Of a DNA stretch of 64,000 bases, positions 10,517 through 22,083 are shown one piece after another. Origin of the DNA: Desulfonatronospira sp. (GTDB taxonomy: Bacteria > Desulfobacterota > Desulfovibrionia > Desulfovibrionales > Desulfonatronovibrionaceae); the NCBI GenBank assembly GCA_003551155.1, contig PUMA01000181.1:800-64799 (forward strand), given 5' to 3'. The first letter of the stretch is position 1; every line of letters starts with the position of its first letter. The notes beneath the pieces were generated by a model. That model saw nothing but the letters and a program-made list of their open reading frames with translations. It was not told the origin of the DNA and made no database searches. Made by a program: the position numbers and the translations under genes.

Positions 10517-10927
10517 TCATGATGATGCGCTTAGTTTCCGGGCTATGGAAAGCATTTCCTGTTCATTGTCATATTTGCCCTGCGGCCACAGCTGCAGCCC
10601 GTCACCCTCAAAGCGGGGAATCACATGCCAGTGGGCGTGCATGACCAATTGTCCTGCAGCCTGGAAATTGTTCATGCCCACGTTGAAGCCCTGTGCACCC
10701 AGCCCCTGGAGCATGCCCTGAGCAACCCTGCGGACAGCTTCATGGAGCTCTCCGGCCTGCTGAGAAGGCATTTCCAGGATATTTTCAACATGTTTCTTGG
10801 GAATGACCAGACAATGTCCCCTGGTGACCGGGGCAATGTCCAGAAAACACAGGACTGCTTCATTTTCATAAACTTTGGCACTGGGTATTTCTCCCCGGAC
10901 AATTTTGCAAAAGATGCACTCCTGCAT
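10517..10927 (-). CDS. HIT-family nucleotide hydrolase
   Basis: CIFCKIV, HAHWHVIPR histidine triad. Confidence 0.93.
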   Translation of the reverse strand: MQECIFCKIVRGEIPSAKVYENEAVLCFLDIAPVTRGHCLVIPKKHVENILEMPSQQAGELHEAVRRVAQGMLQGLGAQGFNVGMNNFQAAGQLVMHAHWHVIPRFEGDGLQLWPQGKYDNEQEMLSIARKLSASS

Positions 10928-11188
10928 ACTACCTCCTTTGCAATTTAAAGCTGTGGCAACAGGATTTCAGATCGCCAAACGGCGAACGCGACGTAATATT
11001 GCTGTTGAAAGCTGCGGTTTTCCGATAAATAACTGGCCCGGGTGCAGGGCTGACAAATTGTGTTTCTTCCTGTGGATCCAGGATCTGGAACACGCACAAA
11101 CGCGAGCAAGACAAAATACGGATTGAACCTGAAGAAATCTACTAGCCAAATAATTTGGTTTTTGCAACCCCTTTGTATTTTTTAATTT

Positions 11189-12283
11189 ATGAATTCAGGA
11201 CAGTTAACCTTCAGACATCCCGAGCCTGAAAGATCCAGGATATCGCTTTACCCGGTATTTATCCCCTTTGCAGGCTGTCCCTACAGATGCATATATTGCT
11301 CGCAGCAGAAGCAGACGGGAAAAGCCATGGCCCCTTCAAAGCTCATTGCACAAGAACTGCACGCAAGCATTTCTGCAGGTTTTGCCAAAAAAGGCAAACA
11401 GGTTTCTCTTGGTTTCTTCGGAGGCACATTTACAGCCATGCCTGCCGAAGACCAAAGGATCCTGCTGGATACAGCCCGGCACCTGAAAGAAATTGGAGCT
11501 GTTGAACATATTCGCTGCTCCACCCGGCCGGATTGTATAGACGAGGGAACTGTTGAATTTTTAAAGGATTATCAGGTGGATATGGTAGAGCTGGGCATTC
11601 AGAGTTTTGACGACCGGGTGCTCTCCCTTTCAGGACGGGGGTACACAGGGCGGCAGGCACATATGGCCGCCGCAAACATACAAAAACACAGGCTGGAGCT
11701 TGGCATTCAGCTTATGCCGGGCCTGCCCGGCTCCAACACTTCTACATTTATCCGGGACATTGAAATCACTGCCTCCTTGAAACCAGCCGGGGTGCGCATC
11801 TATCCCTGCCTGGTTCTAAGAAATACCCCTCTGGCCCTGCTTTGGTCCAGACAGACATACCAGCCCTGGAGCCTGGACAAAACCCTGAGTGTTGTTTCCC
11901 ATGCTTTTCTGCGTCTCTGGCGCATGGACATACCGGTCATCCGTGCCGGGCTGGCTCCCGAGGGTGCGCTTCTGCAGCAGATAACCGCCGGTCCCTGGCA
12001 CCCTGCTCTTGGCTCCTTATGCCGCGGCAGGGCTCTGGCATATTATGTGCTGAATCTCCTCGACAGGATGGATGCAAGGATAAGAAGGATATATGTCCCG
12101 CATAAATACCAGGGCGACTTCTGGGGTCACAGAAAAGAAAATGCACCTCTGTACCTGAAGAAAGGAATAGGCATAGAACAGGTTGAAATATGGCAGAGTC
12201 ACTTGTTCAGACTGGTCTGGCAGCCGGTCAGTTTCCCTTCAAGCCAAGCAGCCGGACCAGCTCCTGGGAAGCAGTCCTGGTGA
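11189..12283 (+). CDS. Radical SAM protein, Elp3/YhcC-like
   Basis: FIPFAGCPYRCIYC (CxxxCxxC), FFGGTFT, STRPD, ELGIQS. Confidence 0.85.
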   Translation: MNSGQLTFRHPEPERSRISLYPVFIPFAGCPYRCIYCSQQKQTGKAMAPSKLIAQELHASISAGFAKKGKQVSLGFFGGTFTAMPAEDQRILLDTARHLKEIGAVEHIRCSTRPDCIDEGTVEFLKDYQVDMVELGIQSFDDRVLSLSGRGYTGRQAHMAAANIQKHRLELGIQLMPGLPGSNTSTFIRDIEITASLKPAGVRIYPCLVLRNTPLALLWSRQTYQPWSLDKTLSVVSHAFLRLWRMDIPVIRAGLAPEGALLQQITAGPWHPALGSLCRGRALAYYVLNLLDRMDARIRRIYVPHKYQGDFWGHRKENAPLYLKKGIGIEQVEIWQSHLFRLVWQPVSFPSSQAAGPAPGKQSW

Positions 12284-13673
12284 ACTCCTGTGCATCCATG
12301 CTTTTCTTCTGCTCAGGACTCAGTACCTGCCTGGGCTGATTCATGAACTCTTCCCTGGGGGTAATATCATAGCCCTGGGGAAAAGAGTTGTTGAAATACA
12401 TATCCTGAAAGCCGCTGAACTTGAGAGCGTGGGCAGTAGCATTGAGAATGGCCTGTTCGCTTTTTTCCACAAGCCCCGACTCCCTGGCCCGCAGAAGCCC
12501 GGCCAGGCACTCACCCCCCTGGGTGCAGGAAATATGCCCATTGCGGTTGGCCAGGAGCATGGATTCAATAATTTCCTGTTCCTCCACCAGGACCACGTTA
12601 AAAAATCCCCGGCCCTGCTCCTGCTCAAAACGCCGGGCAAGGTCCCTTACCCTGGGAAACGAGACCGGGTTGCCGATCATGGCTGCCTGGGCCACGCTGG
12701 GTCTGACCTGCACCGGAACAAAGCTTCTTTGTTCGGGGTCTTGACTGTAGTACCTGTAAACCGGATCAGCATTCCTGGACTGGACACCGAATATTCTTGG
12801 AAGGGAGCTTATCACCCCGAGTTCTTTCAATTTCAGGAAGCCGCTCATGACAGCGGTAATATTCCCTGCATTGCCAACGGGAATAAACAAAACCCTGCCG
12901 GACATGTCCCAGTCACACCACTGGGCCACCTCAAAGGCATAACTTTCCTGGCCCAGGATGCGCCAGGCATTCTTGGAATTCAGAAGGGCCACCCTGAAGT
13001 TGTCCGCCAGATACTCCACCACCCGCATGCAGTCGTCAAAGACTCCAGGCAGCTCCACCACCGCGGCTCCGCTGCCCAGGGGCTGGGAAAGCTGCTGGCT
13101 GGTCACCTTTCCCTGGGGCAGCAAAACCACTGATTTGACAGGTCCGTTCACATACGCGGCGTAAAGGGCTGCAGAGGCTGATGTGTCACCTGTGGAGGCG
13201 CAGATGGTAATGACCTGGTCCCAGCCCTTTTGGCGGATCAGTCTCTGCAGGTAACTGAAGGCGCAGGCCATGCCCCGGTCTTTGAAGGATGCGCTGGGAT
13301 TCTGACCCTCGTTCTTGAAGGCCAGCTTCTGGCCTACAAATCTCTGGAGTCTGCTGGAAGCAAGTATCAAAGGGGTGTTGCCCTCCCCGGCGTAGACAAT
13401 ATCTTTTTCTTCGACTACCGGGGCTATGAACTCATAAAACCTGAATATCCCCCTGAGAGCGTTGATCCTGCTCCCTGCTCTGGCATCAAAAATAAACCGC
13501 CATTTTTCTCCAGGGATTTTTTTCAGCTCGGAAAAGTTGTGATCCCTGAGCAAAAAAACTCCGCCGCAGTCCGGACAGGTATAATGAAGTTCAAGCCCTG
13601 GGTATTTTTTCTGGCAGCCCAGGCAGTGGTATCTCAGATCCCCCCTGTAGGAGGGGAATTTATCTTCCAGCAT
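12228..13673 (-). CDS. thrC: Threonine synthase
   Basis: KNEGQNPSASFKDRG PLP lysine, CASTGDTSAS, PVGNAGN. Confidence 0.93.
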   Translation of the reverse strand: MLEDKFPSYRGDLRYHCLGCQKKYPGLELHYTCPDCGGVFLLRDHNFSELKKIPGEKWRFIFDARAGSRINALRGIFRFYEFIAPVVEEKDIVYAGEGNTPLILASSRLQRFVGQKLAFKNEGQNPSASFKDRGMACAFSYLQRLIRQKGWDQVITICASTGDTSASAALYAAYVNGPVKSVVLLPQGKVTSQQLSQPLGSGAAVVELPGVFDDCMRVVEYLADNFRVALLNSKNAWRILGQESYAFEVAQWCDWDMSGRVLFIPVGNAGNITAVMSGFLKLKELGVISSLPRIFGVQSRNADPVYRYYSQDPEQRSFVPVQVRPSVAQAAMIGNPVSFPRVRDLARRFEQEQGRGFFNVVLVEEQEIIESMLLANRNGHISCTQGGECLAGLLRARESGLVEKSEQAILNATAHALKFSGFQDMYFNNSFPQGYDITPREEFMNQPRQVLSPEQKKSMDAQEFTRTASQELVRLLGLKGN

Positions 13674-13708
13674 GAAAACCTCTTTCAGTGTCTGTCTTGT
13701 ATTTACGG

Positions 13709-14605
13709 TCAGCTGCCCTGACCCAGGAAAACATGGCCCAGGGCCCCGGCCAGCAAAAGAACCGAGACCAGACCGTTAAGCGTAAAAAATGACACATTGA
13801 GCTTCTCCAGGTTGTCCGGAGAAATCATCCTGTGTTCCAGATACAGTATTGCTGACACAAACATCCATGCCAGGTAATAGGGCCATGTGGCCTGCACCGC
13901 CACTCCAGCCAGGAGAAAGAAAAGAGCAGCATTGACATGGGAAAAACCGGCCAGGGCAAAAGCCGTATGCAGTCCTGATCCGGCTGGAATGGACTTGAGT
14001 CCTGCCTGCTGATCAAAATCCGCATCCTGGCTGGCGTAAAGGATGTCGAATCCGGCCACCCAGAACAGTACTCCCAGAAAAAGAAACACTCCTGGCAACG
14101 TCAGCTCCGGAGCGTATGCTATCCATCCTGCAAGGGGCGCCAGCGCCAGCACAGAACCCAGAAAGAAATGACACAGGCTGGTCAGCCTCTTGGTGTAGCT
14201 GTATAGGGCGGACCAGGCCAGTGCGAAAAAGGACAGGTAAAAAGCCACCTGATTCAGGAATGCACAGGAAACTACAAAAAACAGTCCGCTCCCTATGAGA
14301 AAATAATAGGCATCCCTGACCCGTATCTCTCCGGTGACCAGTTCACGGTTGCGTGTCCTGGGATTCCTGGCATCCAGGGATATATCGGCCAGGCGGTTAA
14401 AGGTCATGGCAAAGGAACGAACAGCCACCATGGCCAGGCTCAGAAAAATGAAAACCCTCCAGCCGGGCCACCCTCCTGCGGACCAGAAAAGGCCCATATA
14501 AGCAAAAGGCAGGGCAAAGACAGAGTGCTCTAACTTGATCATCCTGGACCAGGCCATGGCTGATCCAAAAAAAAATCCAGGCCCTGCAGATTTTCTATCC
14601 AGCAT
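13709..14605 (-). CDS. ubiA: UbiA-family polyprenyltransferase (MqnP-like)
   Basis: IKLEHSVFALPFAY, NRLADxxLDARNPRT, YSYTKR, GFDILYASQD; hydrophobic. Confidence 0.85.
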   Translation of the reverse strand: MLDRKSAGPGFFFGSAMAWSRMIKLEHSVFALPFAYMGLFWSAGGWPGWRVFIFLSLAMVAVRSFAMTFNRLADISLDARNPRTRNRELVTGEIRVRDAYYFLIGSGLFFVVSCAFLNQVAFYLSFFALAWSALYSYTKRLTSLCHFFLGSVLALAPLAGWIAYAPELTLPGVFLFLGVLFWVAGFDILYASQDADFDQQAGLKSIPAGSGLHTAFALAGFSHVNAALFFLLAGVAVQATWPYYLAWMFVSAILYLEHRMISPDNLEKLNVSFFTLNGLVSVLLLAGALGHVFLGQGS

Positions 14606-14617
14606 GAAGAAACACCC

Positions 14618-15820
14618 TTAATCTACATCGAGCTTCAAAAACCTTTTCTTGCCCACCCTTAGAGTATATTCACCCGGGGCAAAAACATGCTCGGGATCGG
14701 TGAGCTTTTCTCCGGGATAAAGACCTACCGCCTTCTGTCTGCACAACCTCTTGGCCTCGCTGCGGGAGGGGCAAAGTCCGCTGTCCAGCAGGATATCTGC
14801 AAGCCTTCTGTTTTCCGCTGCCGGCACCCGAATTTTTTGCATATCCCTGGGCAGCTCATGGGCAGAAAAGACGCGGTTGAACGCATCCTTCTCCTTTTCT
14901 GCAGCGCGTGGACCATGAAAACGGGTGGTGATTTCCACAGCCAGCATTTCCTTGCAGGACTTGGGGTGTTGCACCCCCTGCCGGACATCCTGTTTCATCC
15001 GCTCCAGTTCCTTTAAGTCCCTGTCCGATAACAGCTCGAAATAGCGCCACATCAGTTGGTCAGAAATGGACATGAGCTTGCCGTACATATCCCTGGCAGG
15101 CTCTTCTATTCCGATATAATTGCCCAGGGATTTGCTCATCTTCTGCACGCCGTCCAGGCCTTGCAGTATGGGAACGGTCAGAATTACCTGGGGCTCCAGT
15201 CCGTATTCGCGCTGCAGATCCCGCCCCACAAGCAGATTGAATTTCTGATCAGTGCCTCCGAGTTCCACGTCGGCTTCCAGCACCACCGAATCATACCCCT
15301 GTATAAGAGGATACAGAAATTCATGTATGGCTATGGAACGGTTCTCCCTGAAGCGCTTATCAAAATCATCTCTTTCCATCATCCTGGCTACGGTATATTT
15401 GGAGCACAGCTCCACGAAATCAGAAGCTTTGAACCTGTCCATCCAGGCAGAGTTGAAGACCAGCTCTGTCTTATCCGGATGCAGGATCTTGAATATCTGT
15501 CGTCTGTATGTTTCTGCATTGTGCATCACCTCTTCCCGGGTGAGTTTTCTGCGGGTTTCGGATTTTCCTGAAGGATCCCCGATCATGCCTGTGAAATCTC
15601 CGATAAGAAAAAACACCTTATGCCCCAGCTCCTGAAAATGCTTGAGCTTTTGAATAAGCACGGTATGTCCAAGGTGCAGATCAGGGGCAGTGGGATCAAA
15701 ACCGGCCTTGACCTTCAAAGGCCTGTTTCTTCCCAGCTTGGTCACCAGTTCCTGCTCACTGATAATCTCATGGCTGCCGCGCCGGATAAGATCCATTGTT
15801 TCCTGCTGCTCACGGATCAT
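14618..15820 (-). CDS. tyrS: Tyrosine--tRNA ligase
   Basis: [29 protein letters not shown]-terminal S4 domain; likely start MIREQQ. Confidence 0.97.
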   Translation of the reverse strand: MIREQQETMDLIRRGSHEIISEQELVTKLGRNRPLKVKAGFDPTAPDLHLGHTVLIQKLKHFQELGHKVFFLIGDFTGMIGDPSGKSETRRKLTREEVMHNAETYRRQIFKILHPDKTELVFNSAWMDRFKASDFVELCSKYTVARMMERDDFDKRFRENRSIAIHEFLYPLIQGYDSVVLEADVELGGTDQKFNLLVGRDLQREYGLEPQVILTVPILQGLDGVQKMSKSLGNYIGIEEPARDMYGKLMSISDQLMWRYFELLSDRDLKELERMKQDVRQGVQHPKSCKEMLAVEITTRFHGPRAAEKEKDAFNRVFSAHELPRDMQKIRVPAAENRRLADILLDSGLCPSRSEAKRLCRQKAVGLYPGEKLTDPEHVFAPGEYTLRVGKKRFLKLDVD

Positions 15821-15934
15821 TTCTTCTCCGCCCGGATACATTGTAGTCCGATGTTCTCCTGTATTTTCCTGACAGATCCGGAAAGTGACCTCCAGGTCTT
15901 AATCCCTGCCCGGTAATCCTCTGTAACACAATCA

Positions 15935-17494
15935 TTACTTGGCATAGTTCACTGCTCTCTTTTCCCGGATTACAGTAATCTTGATCTGCCCCGGATAGGT
16001 CATGTTTTCTTCGATTTTACCGGCGATCTCCTTGCTCAAAAGATGGGTGGCATCATCGTCAATCAGATCACAGTCTACTATTACCCGTAGTTCCCGGCCG
16101 GCCTGTATGGCGAAAGAACGGTGAACACCCTCAAAACCGGTGGCAATTTTTTCCAGCTCTTCCAGCCGGTTGACATAATTCTCCAGCAATTCTTTTCTGG
16201 CTCCTGGCCTGGCCCCTGAAAGGCTGTCCGCTGCCTGGACAAGCACTGCCAGTAGTGATTCAGGGGGCACATCCTCATGATGGGCAGCAATGGCGTGGAT
16301 TATTTCCCTGGATTCATTGTGCTTCTTGGCCAGCTCAGCACCAATGGCTGCGTGCGAACCTTCCACCTCGTGATCCACTGCCTTGCCCAGATCGTGAAGC
16401 AGACCGGCCCGTTTGGCCTTTTTCTGGTCCAGACCCAGTTCGGCAGCCATCACTCCGCACAAAAAGGCCACTTCAATGGAATGCTGGAGCACGTTCTGGG
16501 AAAAGCTTGTGCGGTAATGCAGGTGCCCCAGCAGGCGGATAAGTTCGGGATGGATGCCGTATACTCCCACGTCGAATGTGGCCTGCTCGCCAATTTCTCT
16601 AAGCTTGACGTCAAGCTCCTTCTTGACCTTGTCCACAATATCCTCGATGCGGGCGGGATGAATACGGCCGTCGCTTATGAGTCTCTCCAGGGACTGCTTG
16701 GCCACCTCCCGGCGCAAGGGACTGTAAGCAGATAAAACAACGGTTTCAGGAGTGTCATCTATTATCAGATCCACGCCTGTTGCCGCTTCAATGGCCCGTA
16801 TGTTCCGGCCCTCCCTACCGATGATCCTGCCCTTCATGTCTTCACTGGGAAGCTCCACGGCCGAAACAGTGTGTTCGGATACATAATCACCGGCATAGCG
16901 CTGGATGGAGAGAGCCAGTACTTCCTTGGCCTTCTTGGCTGCAGTCTCCTGTGCTTCCATCTCTATCTGACGGATCATCTTGGCTGCTTCATGCCTGGTC
17001 TTGCTTTCAACGTCAGTCATGAGCCTGTCTTTGGCCTCCTCTCTGGTCATCCCGGAAATCTCCTCCAGCTTTCTGCTCTGCTGCTCAATCAATTGCTGCA
17101 GCTGCTCTTCTTTTTCGGTAAAAGTACGTTCCTGTCTGGACAACCGGTTTTCCCAGGCAACCACCTCACTTTCTTTTTGAGCCACCTTTTCCAGTTTGCT
17201 TTCCAGACGTTCTTCCTTCTCCTGAAGCCTCTGCTCCTGCTTCTTAAGCTCCTTTTCCCTGTCCCTGGCTTCTTTCTCCAGCTCCTTTTTCTGCTTGAAG
17301 GCCTCGTCCTTGGCCTGAAGCAGGATCTCCTTTTTTTGAGCAGAAGCCTCCTTCCTGGCCTCCTCCAGGATCCTGTCAGCCAGCTTCTGATTTTCAAGTA
17401 CTCTCTTGCTGATGAAATATTTCTGGGCCAGAAACCCCGCCAGAATGCCCACGCCCAGGGCGATAATTGCTGTTATGACTATGCTGCTCCACAT
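15935..17494 (-). CDS. rny: Ribonuclease Y
   Basis: N-terminal TM helix and coiled coil, KH domain ([13 protein letters not shown]), HD domain (LLHDLGK). Confidence 0.97.
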   Translation of the reverse strand: MWSSIVITAIIALGVGILAGFLAQKYFISKRVLENQKLADRILEEARKEASAQKKEILLQAKDEAFKQKKELEKEARDREKELKKQEQRLQEKEERLESKLEKVAQKESEVVAWENRLSRQERTFTEKEEQLQQLIEQQSRKLEEISGMTREEAKDRLMTDVESKTRHEAAKMIRQIEMEAQETAAKKAKEVLALSIQRYAGDYVSEHTVSAVELPSEDMKGRIIGREGRNIRAIEAATGVDLIIDDTPETVVLSAYSPLRREVAKQSLERLISDGRIHPARIEDIVDKVKKELDVKLREIGEQATFDVGVYGIHPELIRLLGHLHYRTSFSQNVLQHSIEVAFLCGVMAAELGLDQKKAKRAGLLHDLGKAVDHEVEGSHAAIGAELAKKHNESREIIHAIAAHHEDVPPESLLAVLVQAADSLSGARPGARKELLENYVNRLEELEKIATGFEGVHRSFAIQAGRELRVIVDCDLIDDDATHLLSKEIAGKIEENMTYPGQIKITVIREKRAVNYAK

Positions 17495-17717
17495 GGCTTA
17501 CTCCTTATATGATAAACTCTGGCCAACCCGCGGCCCTTTCAGAGACACTGAGCAAATCCGTTGCCATGCCATGAGCAGGCTGAGGATTTCATGCAGTGCA
17601 CGGAAAAGACCCGTGAGCCGGAGAACAACCAAGTCTGCTGGTCTGAATGGGCTTAGTTAAGGAAAAGACATTTTACCGGAGAGGAAATGGAGGAGGCAAG
17701 GATGGCTGAAAACTATA

Positions 17718-17898
17718 TTACCCCGGCAGGCCGTGTGGTAACTTATCTTGAACCTCGTTTATACAGGTGGGCGCCAAAGCAGCTTCTTCAGGCTTCCCCG
17801 CGACGTCAGGGGCATGCACACCAAAGCTGCGCAGCGGCTCCCTTGAGGTTACTGTTGGCTCAAAATAAATTATCTCCATCACGCACCTGCCAGGAATT
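17718..17898 (-). ncRNA. ssrS: 6S RNA
   Basis: Canonical position between zapA and rny; ends pair (TTCCTGGCAGG / CCTGCCGGGG); contains TTGAGCCAA, AAGGGAGCC, GGGAAGCCTGAA, CCACCTG and GGTTCAA segments typical of deltaproteobacterial 6S; ~180 nt. Confidence 0.85.
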
Positions 17899-17924
17899 AT
17901 TTAAAGCTATTTTTTACTGATAGA

Positions 17925-18200
17925 TTAACTGTCTGACTCGGGACCGCCTATCTTTTGCACCAGCCGGTCAGCCCTGCTCTGCAGGTCCACAAGTTTTCTA
18001 TCAGATTGAAGATAATCATCAGCCAATCCAAGGGCAAGGAAAACAAGCAATCTTTCCCTGCTCAGCTTATTTCCTCTTTTCTCCAAGTCGGCAAAACGCT
18101 TTTCCAGAAAAGCCCGTGCCTGTTCGACCCTTTCCGGGCCTGCATCCGTCTTAAAGCTCAAATCCAGACCCAGAATATTTATGTTGTACTCAGGCATCAA
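17925..18200 (-). CDS. zapA: Cell division protein ZapA
   Basis: YNINILGLDLSFKT...LVFLALGLADD; upstream of 6S RNA. Confidence 0.85.
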   Translation of the reverse strand: MMPEYNINILGLDLSFKTDAGPERVEQARAFLEKRFADLEKRGNKLSRERLLVFLALGLADDYLQSDRKLVDLQSRADRLVQKIGGPESDS

Positions 18201-18385
18201 AAAGATGTTTCTTCATCAATTTTCTGGAGCAGTTCGTCAACCTTGTTCAGGACCAGGCTGTTCTTCTGCCTTTCGGCTTCCAGCTCCTGCTTCAGAGTTT
18301 GATTTTCCTGTTCCAGTCTGTTTTTATAATCCAGAAGCTTGTCAAGCTTTTCAGCCAGCCTGGCTATGACATCCATATTTTCCAC
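18197..18385 (-). CDS. zapB: ZapB-like coiled-coil protein
   Basis: 62-aa heptad-rich protein overlapping the zapA start by 4 nt. Confidence 0.7.
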   Translation of the reverse strand: MENMDVIARLAEKLDKLLDYKNRLEQENQTLKQELEAERQKNSLVLNKVDELLQKIDEETSF

Positions 18386-18388
18386 TGA

Positions 18389-19819
18389 TTATGCTTTATT
18401 ACTGTCTTTGAGGTTCTTAAGGGGGTTTTTGCCTTCCAGATTCTTCTGTCTTGCCCGGGCGATACTCAGACTGCCCTCTGATACATCTCTGGTTATGGTC
18501 GATCCTGCCCCGACCATGCTGTTCTTGTGCAGGCATACCGGAGCCACGAGGGCTGTATTGCTGCCTACGAAAACTCCGTCCCCGATAGTGGTTCTGTGTT
18601 TTTCCCGTCCGTCATAATTGCAGGTAATGGTCCCGGCGCCCACATTAGCTGACCGGCCGATCCAGGTATCTCCTATATATGATAAATGATTGATCTTGCT
18701 TCCTGAGCCTACAGAGGAATTTTTTATTTCCACAAAATTGCCCACTGCGGCCTTCTCATGAACCTCAGCTCCTGGTCTCAGCCGGGCAAAAGGGCCAATT
18801 TTTGTTTTATCTCCGATAACAGATTTTTCTATGTGAGAAAAGGAAAAAACATGGGCCTCGCCGATAAAGCTGTCCTGGATATAGCAATTGGAAGCAATCC
18901 TGCATCCGGATGCAAGCCTGGTTCTGCCGTATATTTCCGCAGGACCGGTTACCTCAGCACCGGGCCCGATCTGTACCCCTGCCCCGATGCGCACTGAATC
19001 CTTAGTCCGTATATATACACCCTTTTCAATGTGTTTGTCTACTATCGCCGCCCTGATCCTTTCCTCCTGCCGCAACAGTTCTCCAGGTGTATTGATGCCC
19101 AGAAGTTCCGGGCAGTCACCTGCATTAACTGCCGTTACACGCATTCCTTCCCTGGCAGCCAGAGACACGAGCTGAGTGATGTAAAATTCCTTCTGGGCAT
19201 TGTCTGCATCGAGCTGAAACAGGATCCTCTGAAGCGACAGGGTTTTGAAAGCATAAATACCTGAATTTACTTCATAAACATCATGGCCATGTGTGGCTGG
19301 ATCAAAATCTTTGGCTTCGATTATAGCCAGGGGTTCACCGCCGGCCTGGCGCAGAACCCTTCCGTAGCTGCCCGGATCAGGCATGGACAGGGTTATGAAA
19401 CCCATGTCTGCGTCTTGGTTCTTCAGATGCTCAAGGAGCGTACATAGATGCTCAGCACTGACCAGCGGGGTGTCTCCGTTAATCACCAGCAGCCATTCCA
19501 GGCCGCTTTCCTTTACAGCAGGCCATGCCTCCTGAAGAGCATGTCCAGTTCCCAGCTGCTGACTCTGATAAACAAGCTCCAGTTTTCTTGACACCATGCT
19601 CTGCTTGACCTGCTCATACCCATGACCGGCCACTAATATCTGTCTGGATGCAAAGATCCTGTCCAGTGTTTCCAGAATATACCAGAGCATGGGCTTATCC
19701 AGAAGCTGATGCAGAACCTTGGGCAGAGGAGAATGCATCCTTGTACCTTTACCCGCAGCCAGTACTAATGCTGCTGCATCTGAAGCCTCATGCCTTGAAG
19801 TCTTTTCGTTATCCTCCAT
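18389..19819 (-). CDS. glmU: Bifunctional UDP-GlcNAc pyrophosphorylase / glucosamine-1-P acetyltransferase
   Basis: LAAGKGTRMHSPLPKVLH, hexapeptide repeats, HLSYIGD, TITCNYDG. Confidence 0.96.
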   Translation of the reverse strand: MEDNEKTSRHEASDAAALVLAAGKGTRMHSPLPKVLHQLLDKPMLWYILETLDRIFASRQILVAGHGYEQVKQSMVSRKLELVYQSQQLGTGHALQEAWPAVKESGLEWLLVINGDTPLVSAEHLCTLLEHLKNQDADMGFITLSMPDPGSYGRVLRQAGGEPLAIIEAKDFDPATHGHDVYEVNSGIYAFKTLSLQRILFQLDADNAQKEFYITQLVSLAAREGMRVTAVNAGDCPELLGINTPGELLRQEERIRAAIVDKHIEKGVYIRTKDSVRIGAGVQIGPGAEVTGPAEIYGRTRLASGCRIASNCYIQDSFIGEAHVFSFSHIEKSVIGDKTKIGPFARLRPGAEVHEKAAVGNFVEIKNSSVGSGSKINHLSYIGDTWIGRSANVGAGTITCNYDGREKHRTTIGDGVFVGSNTALVAPVCLHKNSMVGAGSTITRDVSEGSLSIARARQKNLEGKNPLKNLKDSNKA

Positions 19820-19903
19820 CTCCCGATCCCGTACCATATTCACCAAAAGCTGATTCATGCTTAGGATATCAAATTATAGAAATATAAAGTGCATGTCCAG
19901 ACA

Positions 19904-20022
19904 AAAAAACCCCTCACCTATTTTAAACAGGTTCCATCCGCATTCTGTAGCGATCAAGGACTGATCGGAACAGAATCTGCAGGACAGGTCTCACTGGTTT
20001 TAAAATAGGTGAGGGGTTTTTT
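19904..20022. repeat. 119-bp hairpin element with 24-bp perfect terminal inverted repeats (terminator-like or MITE-like)
   Basis: AAAAAACCCCTCACCTATTTTAAA (19904-19927) is the exact reverse complement of 19999-20022; the interior holds a second stem. Confidence 0.8.
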
Positions 20023-20043
20023 AAAGCCCGGGTCAAAAATCGA

Positions 20044-20472
20044 TTACATGCTGATAGTGCCGGCGCTGGACGCCTCCTCTCTGACCCGCATACGCTGCAT
20101 GGCTCTGGCCAGGGCAATTTTGGCCCGGACGTAATCTATACGTTCTCGTTCCTGCTGCAGACGCTGCTCAGCTCTTTCCTTGGCTTTCCTGGCTCTCTCC
20201 AGGCTGATCTCTTCCGCCTTCTCCGCCACCTCGGCAAGTACCGACACCTTGGTCGGGGTAACTTCGGTAAACCCCCCGGAAACAAATACATAGTATTTGC
20301 GGCCGTCCTTTTTATAAAAAAGACTGCCGATACTCAGGGCGGTCAGAAATGGAGTGTGATTGTGCAGCACCCCGAAATCACCGCTTACACCGGGCGCTCC
20401 CACATACTCCACGTCTTCGCTCAGAAGGTTCCTGTCCGGAGTGACGATTTCCAATTTTATCAAATTAGCCAT
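20044..20472 (-). CDS. atpC: F1F0 ATP synthase epsilon subunit
   Basis: [28 protein letters not shown]. Confidence 0.95.
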   Translation of the reverse strand: MANLIKLEIVTPDRNLLSEDVEYVGAPGVSGDFGVLHNHTPFLTALSIGSLFYKKDGRKYYVFVSGGFTEVTPTKVSVLAEVAEKAEEISLERARKAKERAEQRLQQERERIDYVRAKIALARAMQRMRVREEASSAGTISM

Positions 20473-20646
20473 AATACCCCCTTGTATCCAGCAGACTGTT
20501 GAGAGGGTTCTGTAGCCCTGAGTCTAGTTGCTCGCCGGGGCAGAACCCGATTACATGACCGGCACGATGTCACGCACCCGGCTTGCTTGTTTGCGCAGAC
20601 TGCCGCGGGACATCCTGCCCATAAAACATTCGGCAGTCAAATCAGG

Positions 20647-22059
<1,413 letters not shown>

Positions 22060-22083
22060 TTATTTGCCCCCTTTTATCATTTT

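Noticed and set aside
17687-17920. 77-aa plus-strand ORF between rny and zapA
   Set aside because: Overlaps the 6S RNA on the opposite strand, which explains the region better
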